Below are positions 52,456 to 64,000 of a stretch of 64,000 nucleotides of DNA, piece after piece. The stretch's first letter is position 1. Each line of letters starts with the position of its first letter. The stretch covers positions 1,798,001 through 1,862,000 of the forward strand of contig OX597820.1 of the NCBI GenBank assembly GCA_951406725.2, in the 5' to 3' direction. This stretch comes from Octopus vulgaris (Eukaryota). The notes beneath the pieces are model-generated. The model did no database searches, was not told the DNA's origin, and saw nothing but the letters and a program-made list of their open reading frames with translations. The translations under genes were made by a program, and so were the position numbers.

Positions 52456-54019
52456 TTCACCTGCATAATTATACTCAATGAACGATCGTAACTTGTAACC
52501 TATCAAAATGCCGCCAGACCTAATGTTTATAAATGGTGACATATATACCTGCAACAGTAAAAAGTTATAGTTAGTGACAACATGACATTCAGAGCGGTTA
52601 TACTCTTATACACGTACTGCGTTAAAAACACGATAATTATCGGAGGTGGACGAAAAATATCGCCAAGCAGCCGTCAGCGGGAGCACCAGATGCATTTCGG
52701 CCCTTTGAAGCTTCTTGCAGTTAGCCCCACGCTCGAACAAGAGTTTGTCGCTTCTGATGAAAGAAGCAGGAAATAAAACATTTTCTAATATTGCGAAAAT
52801 ACACTAAACCAACGATAAACCCACTGGATAATTCGTCTCCCCGTTTGTCGTGTAATCCTGTCAGACTCAGACACCACCTGTATCTATAACCTGTTTCATC
52901 ACCTGTATCTACGAATACAAATTTCTCATCCTTTGTCTTTAGTCTATCACCGCTCTGCACGTTACACAACAGCAATATGCTAACTTGGACGAGTAACACT
53001 TCCCTACCTTCATTCGCCCCAGGGGCAAAGACGAAAGAGCCAAGCAAGTTTCTGTTAACATAGAAATTGTGTTTTCCGTGTTTTAAGCTTTGGATATTTT
53101 GATTTTTCGGTCTTCTGGCGTTAGGCCTTATGACCATTCTTGACCGACACATACACCGTCCAGACATAATTGATTTCTCCTTTACCTGCAAATCCAACCG
53201 TTAGGAAGTCTTTCTTCTCCAGTCACAACGTAATCACCCCTACCTAGCACCTCTACAGACTACGTACCACGAAACCTGTGGCACTTTAAGCGAGATAACT
53301 GGTCGAAGTTCCTTCAGATTTACGCTAATAACCCCTGGCAGCAAATGTGCCTTACTCCTGATCACTCCAAGATCACCAGACAAGTGATTTGAAACTGTTC
53401 TCTTAAGTATGGCCCTTCGCAACTCTCGCATTGGGAACTACCATAAAGACCACATCGTAGCAGTGTTCAAAGCCAGGAATAGATTTGCATATTCAACAAT
53501 GCACCCGTTCATCATGAGATTGAGTTTTCCCTTCAAAATATTCATAACTGTTGTTTGAAATGCTTTGCAGGTGTATTTACATATACCAAGTCCCCGGAGG
53601 GCCCGGTATACACTGTGAATGTATTATATGCTAAATGCAGAACTTTCTTCACCAGATGTAACAGACAGATAAAATTTAGATACCGAGGGGAAATTTATCA
53701 TTGAGTGAAATTGTTATATTTTGTTCTCAACAAAAAAAAGAAGAAAGAAAATTTTTGCCTTTGGGTAGCAAATGTCATTTCCTATTTGTTTATCCCTAAA
53801 AAGTATGAAAAGTGGTTAATATTTCCTTCAAACTTTACTTTTGTTACATTTATTCAAACCCCAAAGAACTCCAAGTCACAAAAGCAAAGTTTGAAGAGGA
53901 TAGAGGTCGGTCCTATGATTTCTTGATAGAAGCAAATAGAAAAAAGTACTTACTGGTCAATGACAAAAATATTAAAAAAATAATAATTGTCACTCAGTGT
54001 TATTGCATTTACACGATGT

Positions 54020-54612
54020 AAGGCGTCGAGCTGGCAGAGTGGTTAGCACGCCGGGCGAAATGCTTAGCGATATTTCGTCTGCCGTTTCGTTCTGAGTTCA
54101 AATTCCGCCGAGGTCGACTTTGCCTTTCATCCTTTCGAGACTGATAATTTAAGTACCAGTTACGCACTGGGGTCGATATAATCGACTTAATCCGTGTGTC
54201 TGTCCTTGTTTGTCCTCTCTGTGTTTAGCCCCTTGTGGGTAGTAAAGAAATAGGTATTTCGTCTGCCGCTACGTTCTGAGTTCAAATTCCGCCGAGGTCG
54301 ACTTTGCCTTTTATCCTTTCGGGGTCGATAAATTAAGTATCAGTTACGTACTGGGGGCGATCTAATCGACTGGCCCCTCCCCCAAAATTCCGGGCCTTGT
54401 GCCTAATGTAGAAAAGAAAAGAATCGTTAGCATACCGGGCGAAATGCTTAGCGCTATTTCGTCTGTTTTTACGTTCTGAGTTCAAATTTCGTCAAAGTCG
54501 ACTTTGCTTTCCATCCTTTCGGGGTCGATAAAATAAGTACCTGTTGCATACTGAGGTCGATCTAATCGACTGGCCTTTCCCGCCAAATTTCAGGCCTTGT
54601 ACCTATAATAGA
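54020..54612 (+). mobile_element. Three head-to-tail OK-like SINE units
   Basis: TATTTCGTCTG...GTTCTGAGTTCAAATT...GTCGACTTTGC occurs three times (about 54071, 54255, 54455). Confidence 0.85.
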
Positions 54613-54691
54613 ATGGATTATAATTATACGACGAACATATTGCCTCATTGTTTGGTTGATGAAAGCTTGAAATCAACCAACAATGATGGTA

Positions 54692-55982
54692 CGAGGGACG
54701 ATCAATAAGTAATGCCTCTGACCCATTTGCAGTTGTTTGATCTAGCTGAAATTTTGCATGTGCAATCATTTATATCTCTATAGAGTAAGTGGCAAATTAC
54801 AGTACTGAATTAATTGTGGTTTCTGATTTACAGGTGTTTGAACAGAGTCAAGTGTTAAATGGAGCCTGTTGAGTGTCGAGCAGTGATCCGGTTTTTGTAT
54901 TTGAAAGGACGCACACCACGGGAGACTTTTGATGAAATGAAAGTAACTTATGGTGATGATGCCCCATCATATGACCTTGTAAAACGCTGGCATCGTGAAT
55001 TCAAACATGGTCGGAACTCTGTCGAAACAGCTTCCAGATCTGGTCGCCCCCTTCTGCCATTGATGAGGCATCTGTCCGTCAAGTTGAGGCTGCTATTTTG
55101 GAAGATCGACACATAACTATTCGCCAAATAGCCCATGAGGTCAAGATTAGTACCGGGTCTGTGGAAACTATCATTCATGACCATTTGCATATGCAAAAGG
55201 TATCTGCCAGATGGATTCCCAGGCTGCTCACGCCTTTCCAGAAGCGAGAACGCGTCGAGTGCTCGAGGGTGAATTTGGAGATGTGCCAAGAAGATGAGTC
55301 AAAATTTTTCAAAAGACTGATTACACAGGATGAAACCTGGGTCCATCACGATGATCCAGAGACCAAAGCCCAGTCAATGCAGTGGAAGCACCGTGACTCA
55401 CCCCCTCCAAAGAAGGCAAGGGTGCAGCCCTCCGCTGGCAAGGTCATGCTCACAGTCTTCTGGGACCAGGAAGGAGTAGTGATGACAGATTTCCTGGCAA
55501 AGGGTACCACAATTGCAGGAGCCTATTATGCTTCACTTTTGAGGAAAATAAGAGAAGTTATCAAAATCAAGAGGCGGGGCAAGATCAGCAAAGGCAACCT
55601 CCTCCTGCAGGACAACGCTCCGGTCCACAACTCGCTTGTCGCCAGATCAGAAGCACAGGCGTATGGCAATGAACTCCTCCCCCATCCCCCTACTTTCCTG
55701 ACCTTGCACCCTCTGATTTTCACCTCTTCCCAGTCATGAAGTTGTTTTTGAAAGGAAAGCGTTTCCCAGATGATGCAGCCTTGATTTCTGAAGTCGCGTT
55801 CAGGTTGGAGGACCAAGCTGGGGTCTTCTATAAAAACGGTCTCCAGAGCTGCATCAAACAATGGTAGAAATGCGTAACTCTGGGTGGTTCCTATGTAGAA
55901 AAAGACTAATAACTGTACCAAGTTTCGTTGCTCTACTGCTATGGGAAGTGGGTCAGCGGCATTACTTATTGAACGCCCCTCG
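54692..55982 (+). mobile_element. Full-length mariner (DD34D) transposon; transposase pseudogene 54859-55909
   Basis: TA-flanked TIRs CGAGGGACGATCAATAAGTAATGCC / GGCATTACTTATTGAACGCCCCTCG; motifs WIPRLL, ITQDETWVHH, QDNAPVH, PDLAPSDF; two frameshifts and one stop. Confidence 0.95.
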
Positions 55983-56018
55983 TATGTTATTTTTTATTAT
56001 TAAAATAAAATCTTTTTA

Positions 56019-56401
56019 TACAAACTTAAGACCAGCTTAAACATGTTTGAGGGATATTTGAACCTGTAAATGCTTTTCGCTGAAGTTTGTTGTGGAGAAA
56101 AAATTTCGTTAATACAAAAAGGTGTGAGAACACCTTACCCAGTTCAAAACGCCCTCTGGTGGATGCATTTCGAACTCGTTAGTTCTCCTCAATACCAGAT
56201 ACCAAGAGGGGCAACTCTGAACTGGCTAAAAAGCTTGGCTTCTTTTATCGGAAATCAGTCAATATTATTGTGTCATGGCTGCTTTATGGTTAAGCGAGAA
56301 TTTTTTTAAGCGAGAATTGTTTACTCCACGATGAACCGCAATGAAAAACCTTTACATGTTCAAATACTTCTTAAACATATTTGAACTGGTCTTAGTTTTG
56401 T
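56019..56401. mobile_element. MITE with ~90-bp degenerate TIRs
   Basis: ACAAACTTAAGACCAGCTTAAACATGTTTGAG...TATTTGAACCTGTAAA is inverted at TTTACATGTTCAAATA...AAACATATTTGAACTGGTCTTAGTTTTGT. Confidence 0.7.
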
Positions 56402-56790
56402 ATTCTTCTCGTTGCTGCTTCGTGCGCCTACTTACGAAAGTCTTTTTGTGTCCATTTCCCTAAGAAATTTTTATTCTCACCTTGAAGTGGTAAAACCTCA
56501 TTTTGACGTCATTAATTTTACGAAGTCTCTTTCACATCAAAGTAAAATCTATTCACTTAGAATTACAAATATTTTCACCTCCGCCAATTCAATGTAAAGG
56601 TAGTTTGATGTTTTCGCCTATTGCCATCTTATTTTAATGAATTTCTTGTACTCTGATGAAATTCACGAACATCCTTGCTCCTTTTTTAAAGAATTTATGA
56701 GTAGTTAAAACGTAATCTGTGTTTTATAATGACTGATGATGTTTCTCATTGTCGTTTTACGTGATATCTCTGTTATTTCCTCTCTTTCAG

Positions 56791-57874
56791 GTATCTTCTA
56801 ACTGGAATGATTTCGACATCGGTATTTCTGTGGTTCTACCTTTCTGATAACCAAGCTAAACTAGAAACGATACTCGGACCTAAATGTGCCGCTCGAACTC
56901 ATGTCGTTTTTGTAAAAACACACAAAACTGCCAGTTCAACCGTGACAAACATCATCCAGAGATTCGGATTAAAACATCACCTTAGCTTTGTACTCCCGAA
57001 ATACCCGGAGAATTATTTATGGTTCGATAGTAATGCCTTTATCGATCGCTTGCTTCCACATCCCAATGGTACAGATAAAAAATTTGATTTGTTGTGTAAT
57101 CACGCAATTTATAACAGGTTTGCCATAACAAAACTGATGCATAATAACACTGCATACATAACAATCTTGCGTCATCCAGTGAATCAGTTTTTGTCAGCAT
57201 TTTACTTTTATCGTACCGTGTACAAAATCCCGTATTTAGTCCGTATACCTGGACCCAATCCAGTTGAGGAATATTTGAAAAATCCTGCGAAATATGAACC
57301 CGTATCAAACTATGCTTCCTATACAAACAACAGAATGACAATTGATCTTGGTATTCCAAGACTAGTTTTCGACCAACCTGCGCTATTGACTGGTTTTATT
57401 AATAAAATTGATGAAGAGTTTGATTTTGTGATGATAATGGAGTATTTTGCTGAGTCGCTGGTTTTGTTGAAGCGTCTGATGTGTTGGAGAATGGAAGACA
57501 TTATCTCCATGAGAATGAACATATTTGATAAGGATGAAGTCAACATGCCACTGAAAGCTGGAATGTTCAACAGTATTAAAAAATGGGCTCATGCCGATCT
57601 TGAATTGTATGAATATTTTTACCGAAAGTTTTGGAGGAGAATAAACCAGATGAAACAAGATTTTTGGAGAGAAGTTGAAATCTTTAAAGAAATACAGCTG
57701 AAAGTTGAAAATTACTGCCTGAATTTAAATGCATCTCAAGATTTGCTTCTGATTGATGGAAGTGAATGGAATGATAGATTTTTGGTCAGCAATGAAACGT
57801 GTAAACTGTTAAATATGAAAGAAGTGAAATTCATTAATTATCTGAGGACTCAGCAGAAAATTGATGTAAACTGA
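56791..57874 (+). CDS. Galactose-3-O-sulfotransferase (Gal3ST/cerebroside sulfotransferase) family protein, main and last coding exon
   Basis: Intact 355-aa ORF with N-terminal hydrophobic segment, 5'-PSB motif VFVKTHKTASST, 3'-PB motif ITILRHPV.QFLSAFYF and DFVMIMEYF.ESLVLLKRLMCW; strong acceptor TTTCCTCTCTTTCAG at 56790. Confidence 0.93.
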
Positions 57875-58399
57875 TTTAAACTACCGTTTAATTGATATTA
57901 GAAGAGTAATTGTACGTGATTAATAATTAATAACGTACGTTAGTAATCGAAAAAATGTACTCGCTTTGTAAAAAAGGTAGCAGGACATTTGGTGGTCACG
58001 AAACAGAATTGTAAGCTAAAGAAAGTCGATGTTGTTTAAGGATTTATTACTTTATGTTTCCGCGTGGGATGTGTTGTGTAGAGTAGAGGTAAGATTCCTA
58101 TGAGGCAGGCCTGCAGTTCTGTTTCGAATCCCGCTAGAAATTATTTCCTTTACACCATGGGTTCCCACCAAAGTGAGAAAAAAAAAAAAAAAAGGCATAA
58201 GCCAAATCACTTTCTCTCAATTTCTAATGATTTTAGTGTAAACATGTTGACATTGATGAGCCGAATCGAAGTTTTCGTAGTTCGGGATCTTATTTAGAAA
58301 GGTGAATGCTGTGAATGTGAACTAAGGCTGTGGAACCGATAATCTTGCGTTGACTTTAATTTCCATTCATAAATGGTTAAAATTCGTGAGAAGCTTGTC

Positions 58400-58690
58400 T
58401 CTACTCTGCAACACTCGTCATCAGACATCAAGCTTTATACAAATACATTTAAAACGTGGCATGAGCTCCAGGACACACCAGTCATATCAACAAATTCGCC
58501 ACTTGTTCGGCGATGGTCCTCCAAGAAAGATCAGTTCATGAATTTTCACGATGTTTTCATTCGTTCGGGAGGTCGACGGTTGTCCTGAACGAGGTTGGTC
58601 CTCAATCAACGAGTGACCGTTCCTAAAGCGTAGAACCCACTCCTAAGCACGCTGTTCTTTCGTTTCAGCCATCGCAAAAATGGACGAACA
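58400..58690 (-). mobile_element. Mariner transposase N-terminal remnant
   Basis: RFRNGHSLIEDQPRSGQPSTSRTNENIVKIHELI...EDHRRT...GVSWSSCH. Confidence 0.75.
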
Positions 58691-59149
58691 GAGGAGAAGC
58701 ACTGCAAGGCAAAGACGTAGCAGGTGGCAGGAGGACCTCACACGACGTCGCCGGTTGGCAGGCTGATGCCTGGGGGTCGCACCAAGTAGATTCTAGCAGC
58801 GGAAGCCCAAACTACAACGGGTTTGTCCCACTGAGAACGTTTCCGATTGCCACCTCGTATACTAGTAAATAAAATAGTGAGATAGCAAAGATCACAAATA
58901 ACAAAATACATATATTGGCCTGGTTTAAAAGAAAAATACACGATCCACAAGTACAGATATACGCAATACTGTAATATTTCTATAGAGAGACGCATAAGTA
59001 TTCGCACTAATTTCAATAAAGGAAGACTACGAATTGTATTAGAGTTTATTTCTATGCTAGATCCATGAATTGGTTGAAACTAGGCTAAATGTGTAGCTGC
59101 AGTTCAGTTGCGAACAGGGTCCGTCAGTGTCACCAATGTGTCGTCATCA

Positions 59150-60505
59150 GGTTGCAGGCAAACTTCTGATGATGGGCCAAGAACGGGATTCTCAAGTGAT
59201 GAAGTGGCACTACGAGAGAGGGGCATTTTTGAAGACTTCTTCAAGTGTCATCTGTCTCAGCATAGGTTTCTGTCCAAGCAATGTCTCTATAATTGAATAA
59301 ACTCCCACAATCTGTGGATCACTGATAAATGCATGTTGTTCAAGGCCAGCTATTAACTGATCACAAATTTTCTCCATATGTTCCATAAGAATTCTTTCAC
59401 CTGTGTCCTCTATATAATCACCACTACTCTCTTTATTCTTATCCGTATTTAGCACCATTTCAGCAATTTTCCCATCACTCAACAAACACACAACAGGCGC
59501 ATCCCTGTCAGTGGTTTGCATTTCTCCAATGTCCGCTTCCCTTACACTTCCGCAAGATAAACTTTTAGCGTAATTTATGAGTTTTGATATCATACTTCTT
59601 CTCATTAGTGACACGAAATCCTCTCAACTCGTTGTCTGTTGGGTCGTTTTCATCCAACATCATTATTGGCCAAATTCTGTGCCAGGCATTTGTTACTGTT
59701 GATTTATCAATATCATTCCAAGCGTTCGGAACTGAGTAAATGGCTTCGAACTCTTTCGGGTACTCTTGCATTCTCATTCCTTTGTTGACTGCATCAAGCA
59801 CACAGTTCATAAAATAATTTCAATAGTTGCTCTGCATGGAGTGTAAAATTCCTTGGTCACAAAGCTGTAAAACGGATGTCCCATTGGGAGGCAAGTAAAT
59901 GCCGAAAACGTTACTTTTTACAAGAAGTTCGACAGGGAGATGTGTGCAGTAGTTGTCTAGGAACAATAGGATTTGACAGTTTTCTTCCAGTCCAGCTTAC
60001 CTGTAATGAGCTCGTGCCACCGGTACAAAGTGATTATTGAACCAGTCAGAAAATATTTCTCGGCTTACCCAGGCTTTTTTTGTTTGCGTAATAATGCACA
60101 GGTGAATTAATTATGCCAATCAGTCATTTCAGACGTTGGCTTTCTCAAATGACTGCCAACTTCACCTTATGTGTGTCTGTTGCATTATCACATCCAAGAA
60201 TAGTTAACCTTTCCTTAGCATTCTTGAAACCTGCTGGTGCCGTCTCATCTGCCGTTGTTCAGGTTTTTCTTGGAACCCAGCGCCAATACAAAGCTGTTAT
60301 CAATTTGTTCAGGAGAAAGCTTTTCATCAGATACGACTTTGGCAAATTCGTTTCTGTCATTTTCCGCAGCTTCATAATCAACAGAAGCGTTTTCTCCACA
60401 GATTTTCAGATATTTTACACCATGACACTTCTTAAATTTCTGCGGCCATCCTTCTAAATATTGACACTCACCTTCAATGTTCAGTTCTTTATGATATATT
60501 TTAGC
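59150..60505 (-). mobile_element. Tigger/pogo (DD32D) transposase pseudogene
   Basis: KKAWVSREIFSDWF...FVP...ILLFLDN...H...LPPNGTSVLQLCDQGI (32 residues between the last two Asp); AWNDI...NAW; boundaries approximate. Confidence 0.85.
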
Positions 60506-61497
60506 TAAAAGAATAATAATAATAATATTCGATCCTTTTGCGTAAGTTATTCAGCACACAATCTTTTCATCAAAATTAAAGCCAGATGAGTTATTTCCCT
60601 TGCCTCAATTTTTATTTTATGTAAATCGCGATTATTCATTTCTTTTTCTTTTTCTTCCTTTTTTTGTACAAAAACCTTTGTTGATTAATCAAAGTTCCTG
60701 TTTAACTTCAGGAACAATGAAGCACCGAACAAATTAAATTTCTAAACAAGGGTTCCAGCGTATTATCTTAGGAATGGTCTAGCTTCGTATATATGACCAG
60801 GGTCGTGTTTTTTTTTTTTTGAGATATTTCTGTAAGGGAAAGTCCCTCTCGTATGCTATCAAATACGGCAATTTGGGAAGAAAAAATACAAAAATATAAA
60901 TATTGGATCCAATGTATCAACTCTGTGACAAAAGCCTTATAAAACCATATCAACATTTCTATTTTGGTTATCACCTCTTAATATTCGAGGACCGGTGCTA
61001 CTTTGGCGTGTGATCTACAAGGAAGATTGATTTAGCTGAGGTTTAGTTTACTTTTCCGTTTCTGAAAACTCGTAAGATGCTGGCTAAAGATTTTTACAAT
61101 GTGATCAGTGATGAGATGAAGGCAGTTTCATTTTTACAAGAAACCAGCATTAAATTCACATCATTTCTTAAGACAAAGAAACGTGCCTCTTTGCCAAGTG
61201 ATTTACAATTTAAAGGGACATTGCTTTAGATTACCTTTTTTTAAGTTTTCTTTACATCCGGGCTACTTTCCACGTGATCTGCATGAGCAAATTTACTTTG
61301 GTGGGTGATATACGCGCTTATTTTAATTATTATATGTTTTTTTATTATTATCAAACTAGTATTTTGAAAACTGATTTAAAAAGTAGCCTAAAGTAATCTC
61401 CCTTGTGGGTCTCTCGCCAAAGGGGCACCCGAGGAGGAGCTTTGTATTCTAAACGATGCACATGAATAGGAATGTATGGACGTGACGGAGTAAAAAA

Positions 61498-61545
<48 letters not shown>

Positions 61546-61561
61546 GATAATAATAATAATG

Positions 61562-61628
<67 letters not shown>
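61498..61628. repeat. (TAA)n microsatellite
   Basis: Direct reading; target of the adjacent LINE. Confidence 0.98.
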
Positions 61629-61630
<2 letters not shown>

Positions 61631-64000
61631 GGAATGCACAAAAAGCTGGCTGAAAACTTTAACAACGTACTAGCAGAGCCAGAGACAATGCCTGAATGGC
61701 TCACGAAGGGGAAAACCATCTTAATTCCCAAATCAAATGAAACAGCAAAACCAGAAAACTACAGACCAATAACCTGCCTCCCTACTATGTTCAAGGCATT
61801 TACTGTAGTGATATCGCAAAGGCTGAACAAGCACCTGGACGAAAACAAACTGTTCCCAGAAGAGCAGAAAGGATGCCGCAAAGGCTCATATGGCTGTAAA
61901 GATCAACTAATGATTAATAAAGCCATAACTGAAGACAGCCACAGAAAGAAGAAAGGCCTCAGTATGGCCTGGATTGACTACAAAAAGGCGTTTGATAGCA
62001 TCCCCCACACATGGATCCTCGAAACACTACCCATTAACAAAGTAGCACCAACAATTATAAAATTCATTGGGCACGCTATGAATAAATGGCAAACAGTGCT
62101 ACAGCTCCAAACAAAAGAGGGACTCATGAAAACCAAAGCCATCCCCATTAGAAGAGGAATATTCCAGGGAGACACGCTCTCTCCACTCCTTTTCTGCTTG
62201 GCACTGTCACCTCTATCTGATATGCTAAATAGAACTGGATGCGGATATAAATGTTACGGCAAAACGATCAGCCACCTTTTATATATGGATGACCTAAAAC
62301 TATACGCTGCAAATGACAAACAGCTGGAAACACTATTAAAGACAGTTCATGAATTTACCAAAGAAATAGATATGAAATTTGGATTAGAAAAATGCGCCAA
62401 AGTAACCATGAAAAGAGGAAAACTAGTTAAGAGTAGCAACATCACACTAGATAAAACCAATGAAATAAAAGAATTAGATCAAAGCCAAACTTACAAATAC
62501 TTAGGAATCCATGAAATAGATAAGACACAACACACACAAATGAAAGAGAAAATAAAAAAAGAATATTATAGACGAGTTAGATCAATACTAAACACAGAGC
62601 TCAATGCTAAAAACAAGATAATAGGTATTAACACTTTAGCTGTCCCAGTTATAAGTTACAGCTACAATATCCTTAAGTGGACACTAAATGAACTGACCAA
62701 AATAGATAGGAAAACAAGAAAAATAATGACGGTCTAGGATGCATCACCCAAAATCTGACATAGAAAGACTATACATACAACGTATAGAAGGTGGTAGAGG
62801 CCTTATACAGCTGGAAAACTACTATAAAATAACCACCATAGGACTGTAAAAAAAATATCTACTTCAGAAGGAAGGAAAACTGATACAAATAGCGGCAAAA
62901 CACGAGCAAAACAAAAAACTGTTCTCAGTATTTAAGGAAGCTGACAAATACAAACAAGAAATCATACCACCTAATAAACATGAAGAAGAAGAAGAAGAAG
63001 AAGAAGAAGAAGAAGAAGAAGAAGAAGAAGAAGAAGAAGAAGAAGAAGAAGAAGAAGAAGAAGAAGAAGAAGAAGAAGAAGATGATGATGATGAAGAAAC
63101 AACAAAAGCTATAAAACAAATGAAATCCAAACTAAAACTAGAACAGCAAAGAACCATGATAAAACGATGGCAAGAAAAACCCCTTCACGGTAAATACTGG
63201 ACTAAACTAAATGCAAAAGAAATAGACAAAGAAAAAATCCCAGCAATGGTTGAGAAGCTCAGGACTCAAAGCAGAGACAGAGGGATTTTTAATTGCAGCA
63301 CAAGACCAAAGCCTCCCCACCAGAAATTACCAAAAACATGTAATGAAAAGAAATATAACAAGTAACTGCAGAATATGTGGAGATGGACAAGAAACAATAA
63401 ATCATATTACCTCTGGTTGCCCAGTCCTGGCTAAGAAGGAATATATTCACAGACATGACAGAGTTGGAACCTACATACACTGGAAGCTATGCCAACATTA
63501 TGGAATAACAACAGAAAAAAGATGGTATAGGCACACACCAGAAAAGGTCACAGAAAACGAGAAAGCAACCATACTTTGGGATATGCCGATACACACAGAT
63601 AGAGAAATTAAGGCCAACAGACCAGATATAGTTGTCAGAGATCATGAAGAAAAAAATGCTTTCTAATTGATGTATCAATACCGGCAGATGACAACGTGTC
63701 TCTAAAAGAAATGGAGAAACTTTCAAAATACAAAGACCAGGAAATGGAGGTAACCAGAATGTGGAATCTAAAAACAGAAACAATTCCTATCATAGTAGGT
63801 GCATTAGGCATGATAAAAAAATATTCAGACAAATACATAACAAAAACATCAGGACTTACAAACACATATAACATACAGAAAATTGCACTACTAGGCACTG
63901 CACACATCCTACGCAGAACACTTTCCATACAATAACCATCAGAGCATCACAACAAATCACAGCACATACCCAAGGCACACAGACCTGCGCTCGGTAGTGA
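61629..64000 (+). mobile_element. R4/Dong-clade LINE (RT + CCHC + RLE), 5'-truncated and frameshifted, runs off the window
   Basis: NYRPITCL, IDYKKAFDS, GIFQGDTLSPLLF, HLLYMDD, CRICG...ETINHITSGC, RHD, RPDIV, EKLSKY, IPIIVGALG; stop at 63935. Confidence 0.95.

Noticed and set aside
52620-53660. Minus-strand ORFs with faint Copia-like integrase similarity (KFVFVDTGDETGYR)
   Set aside because: Too degenerate; no catalytic motifs or LTRs recognisable without a search.
50372-56740. Isolated CTGANGA heptamers (about 50373, 52754, 56653, 56733)
   Set aside because: No stem II, GAAA and NUH arrangement; expected by chance.
61472-61628. Poly-Ile N-terminus of the 421-aa ORF
   Set aside because: Read-through of the (TAA)n target into the truncated LINE; not a signal peptide.

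Overview
Eukaryotic, AT-rich, microsatellite-saturated DNA. The SINE families and repeat landscape point to an octopus (cephalopod) genome; this is inferred from recall, not from a search. There is one 100-N gap (13382-13481). Only two host genes can be supported: a galactose-3-O-sulfotransferase-family gene (main exon 56791-57874, probable upstream coding exon 46835-46860) and an intact tRNA-Ala(CGC) (16351-16422, minus). The rest is transposon debris: Tc1, mariner and Tigger elements, MITEs, a non-autonomous Helitron, R4/Dong, RTE, CR1-like and L1/Tx1 LINE fragments, many tRNA-derived SINEs, and several Penelope-like elements (PLEs). Most short ORFs in the track are microsatellite artefacts. 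The most striking signal is about a dozen minimal type-I hammerhead-ribozyme-like motifs, mostly with palindromic stem III, in short (TA)n-embedded and often fold-back PLE-type inserts. They include a canonical copy (44768-44846), long-stem-II copies, a family with a swapped G3:C8 core pair, and a family with U at core position 6 linked to a near-full-length Penelope element. All ribozyme calls are by manual folding and are untested.
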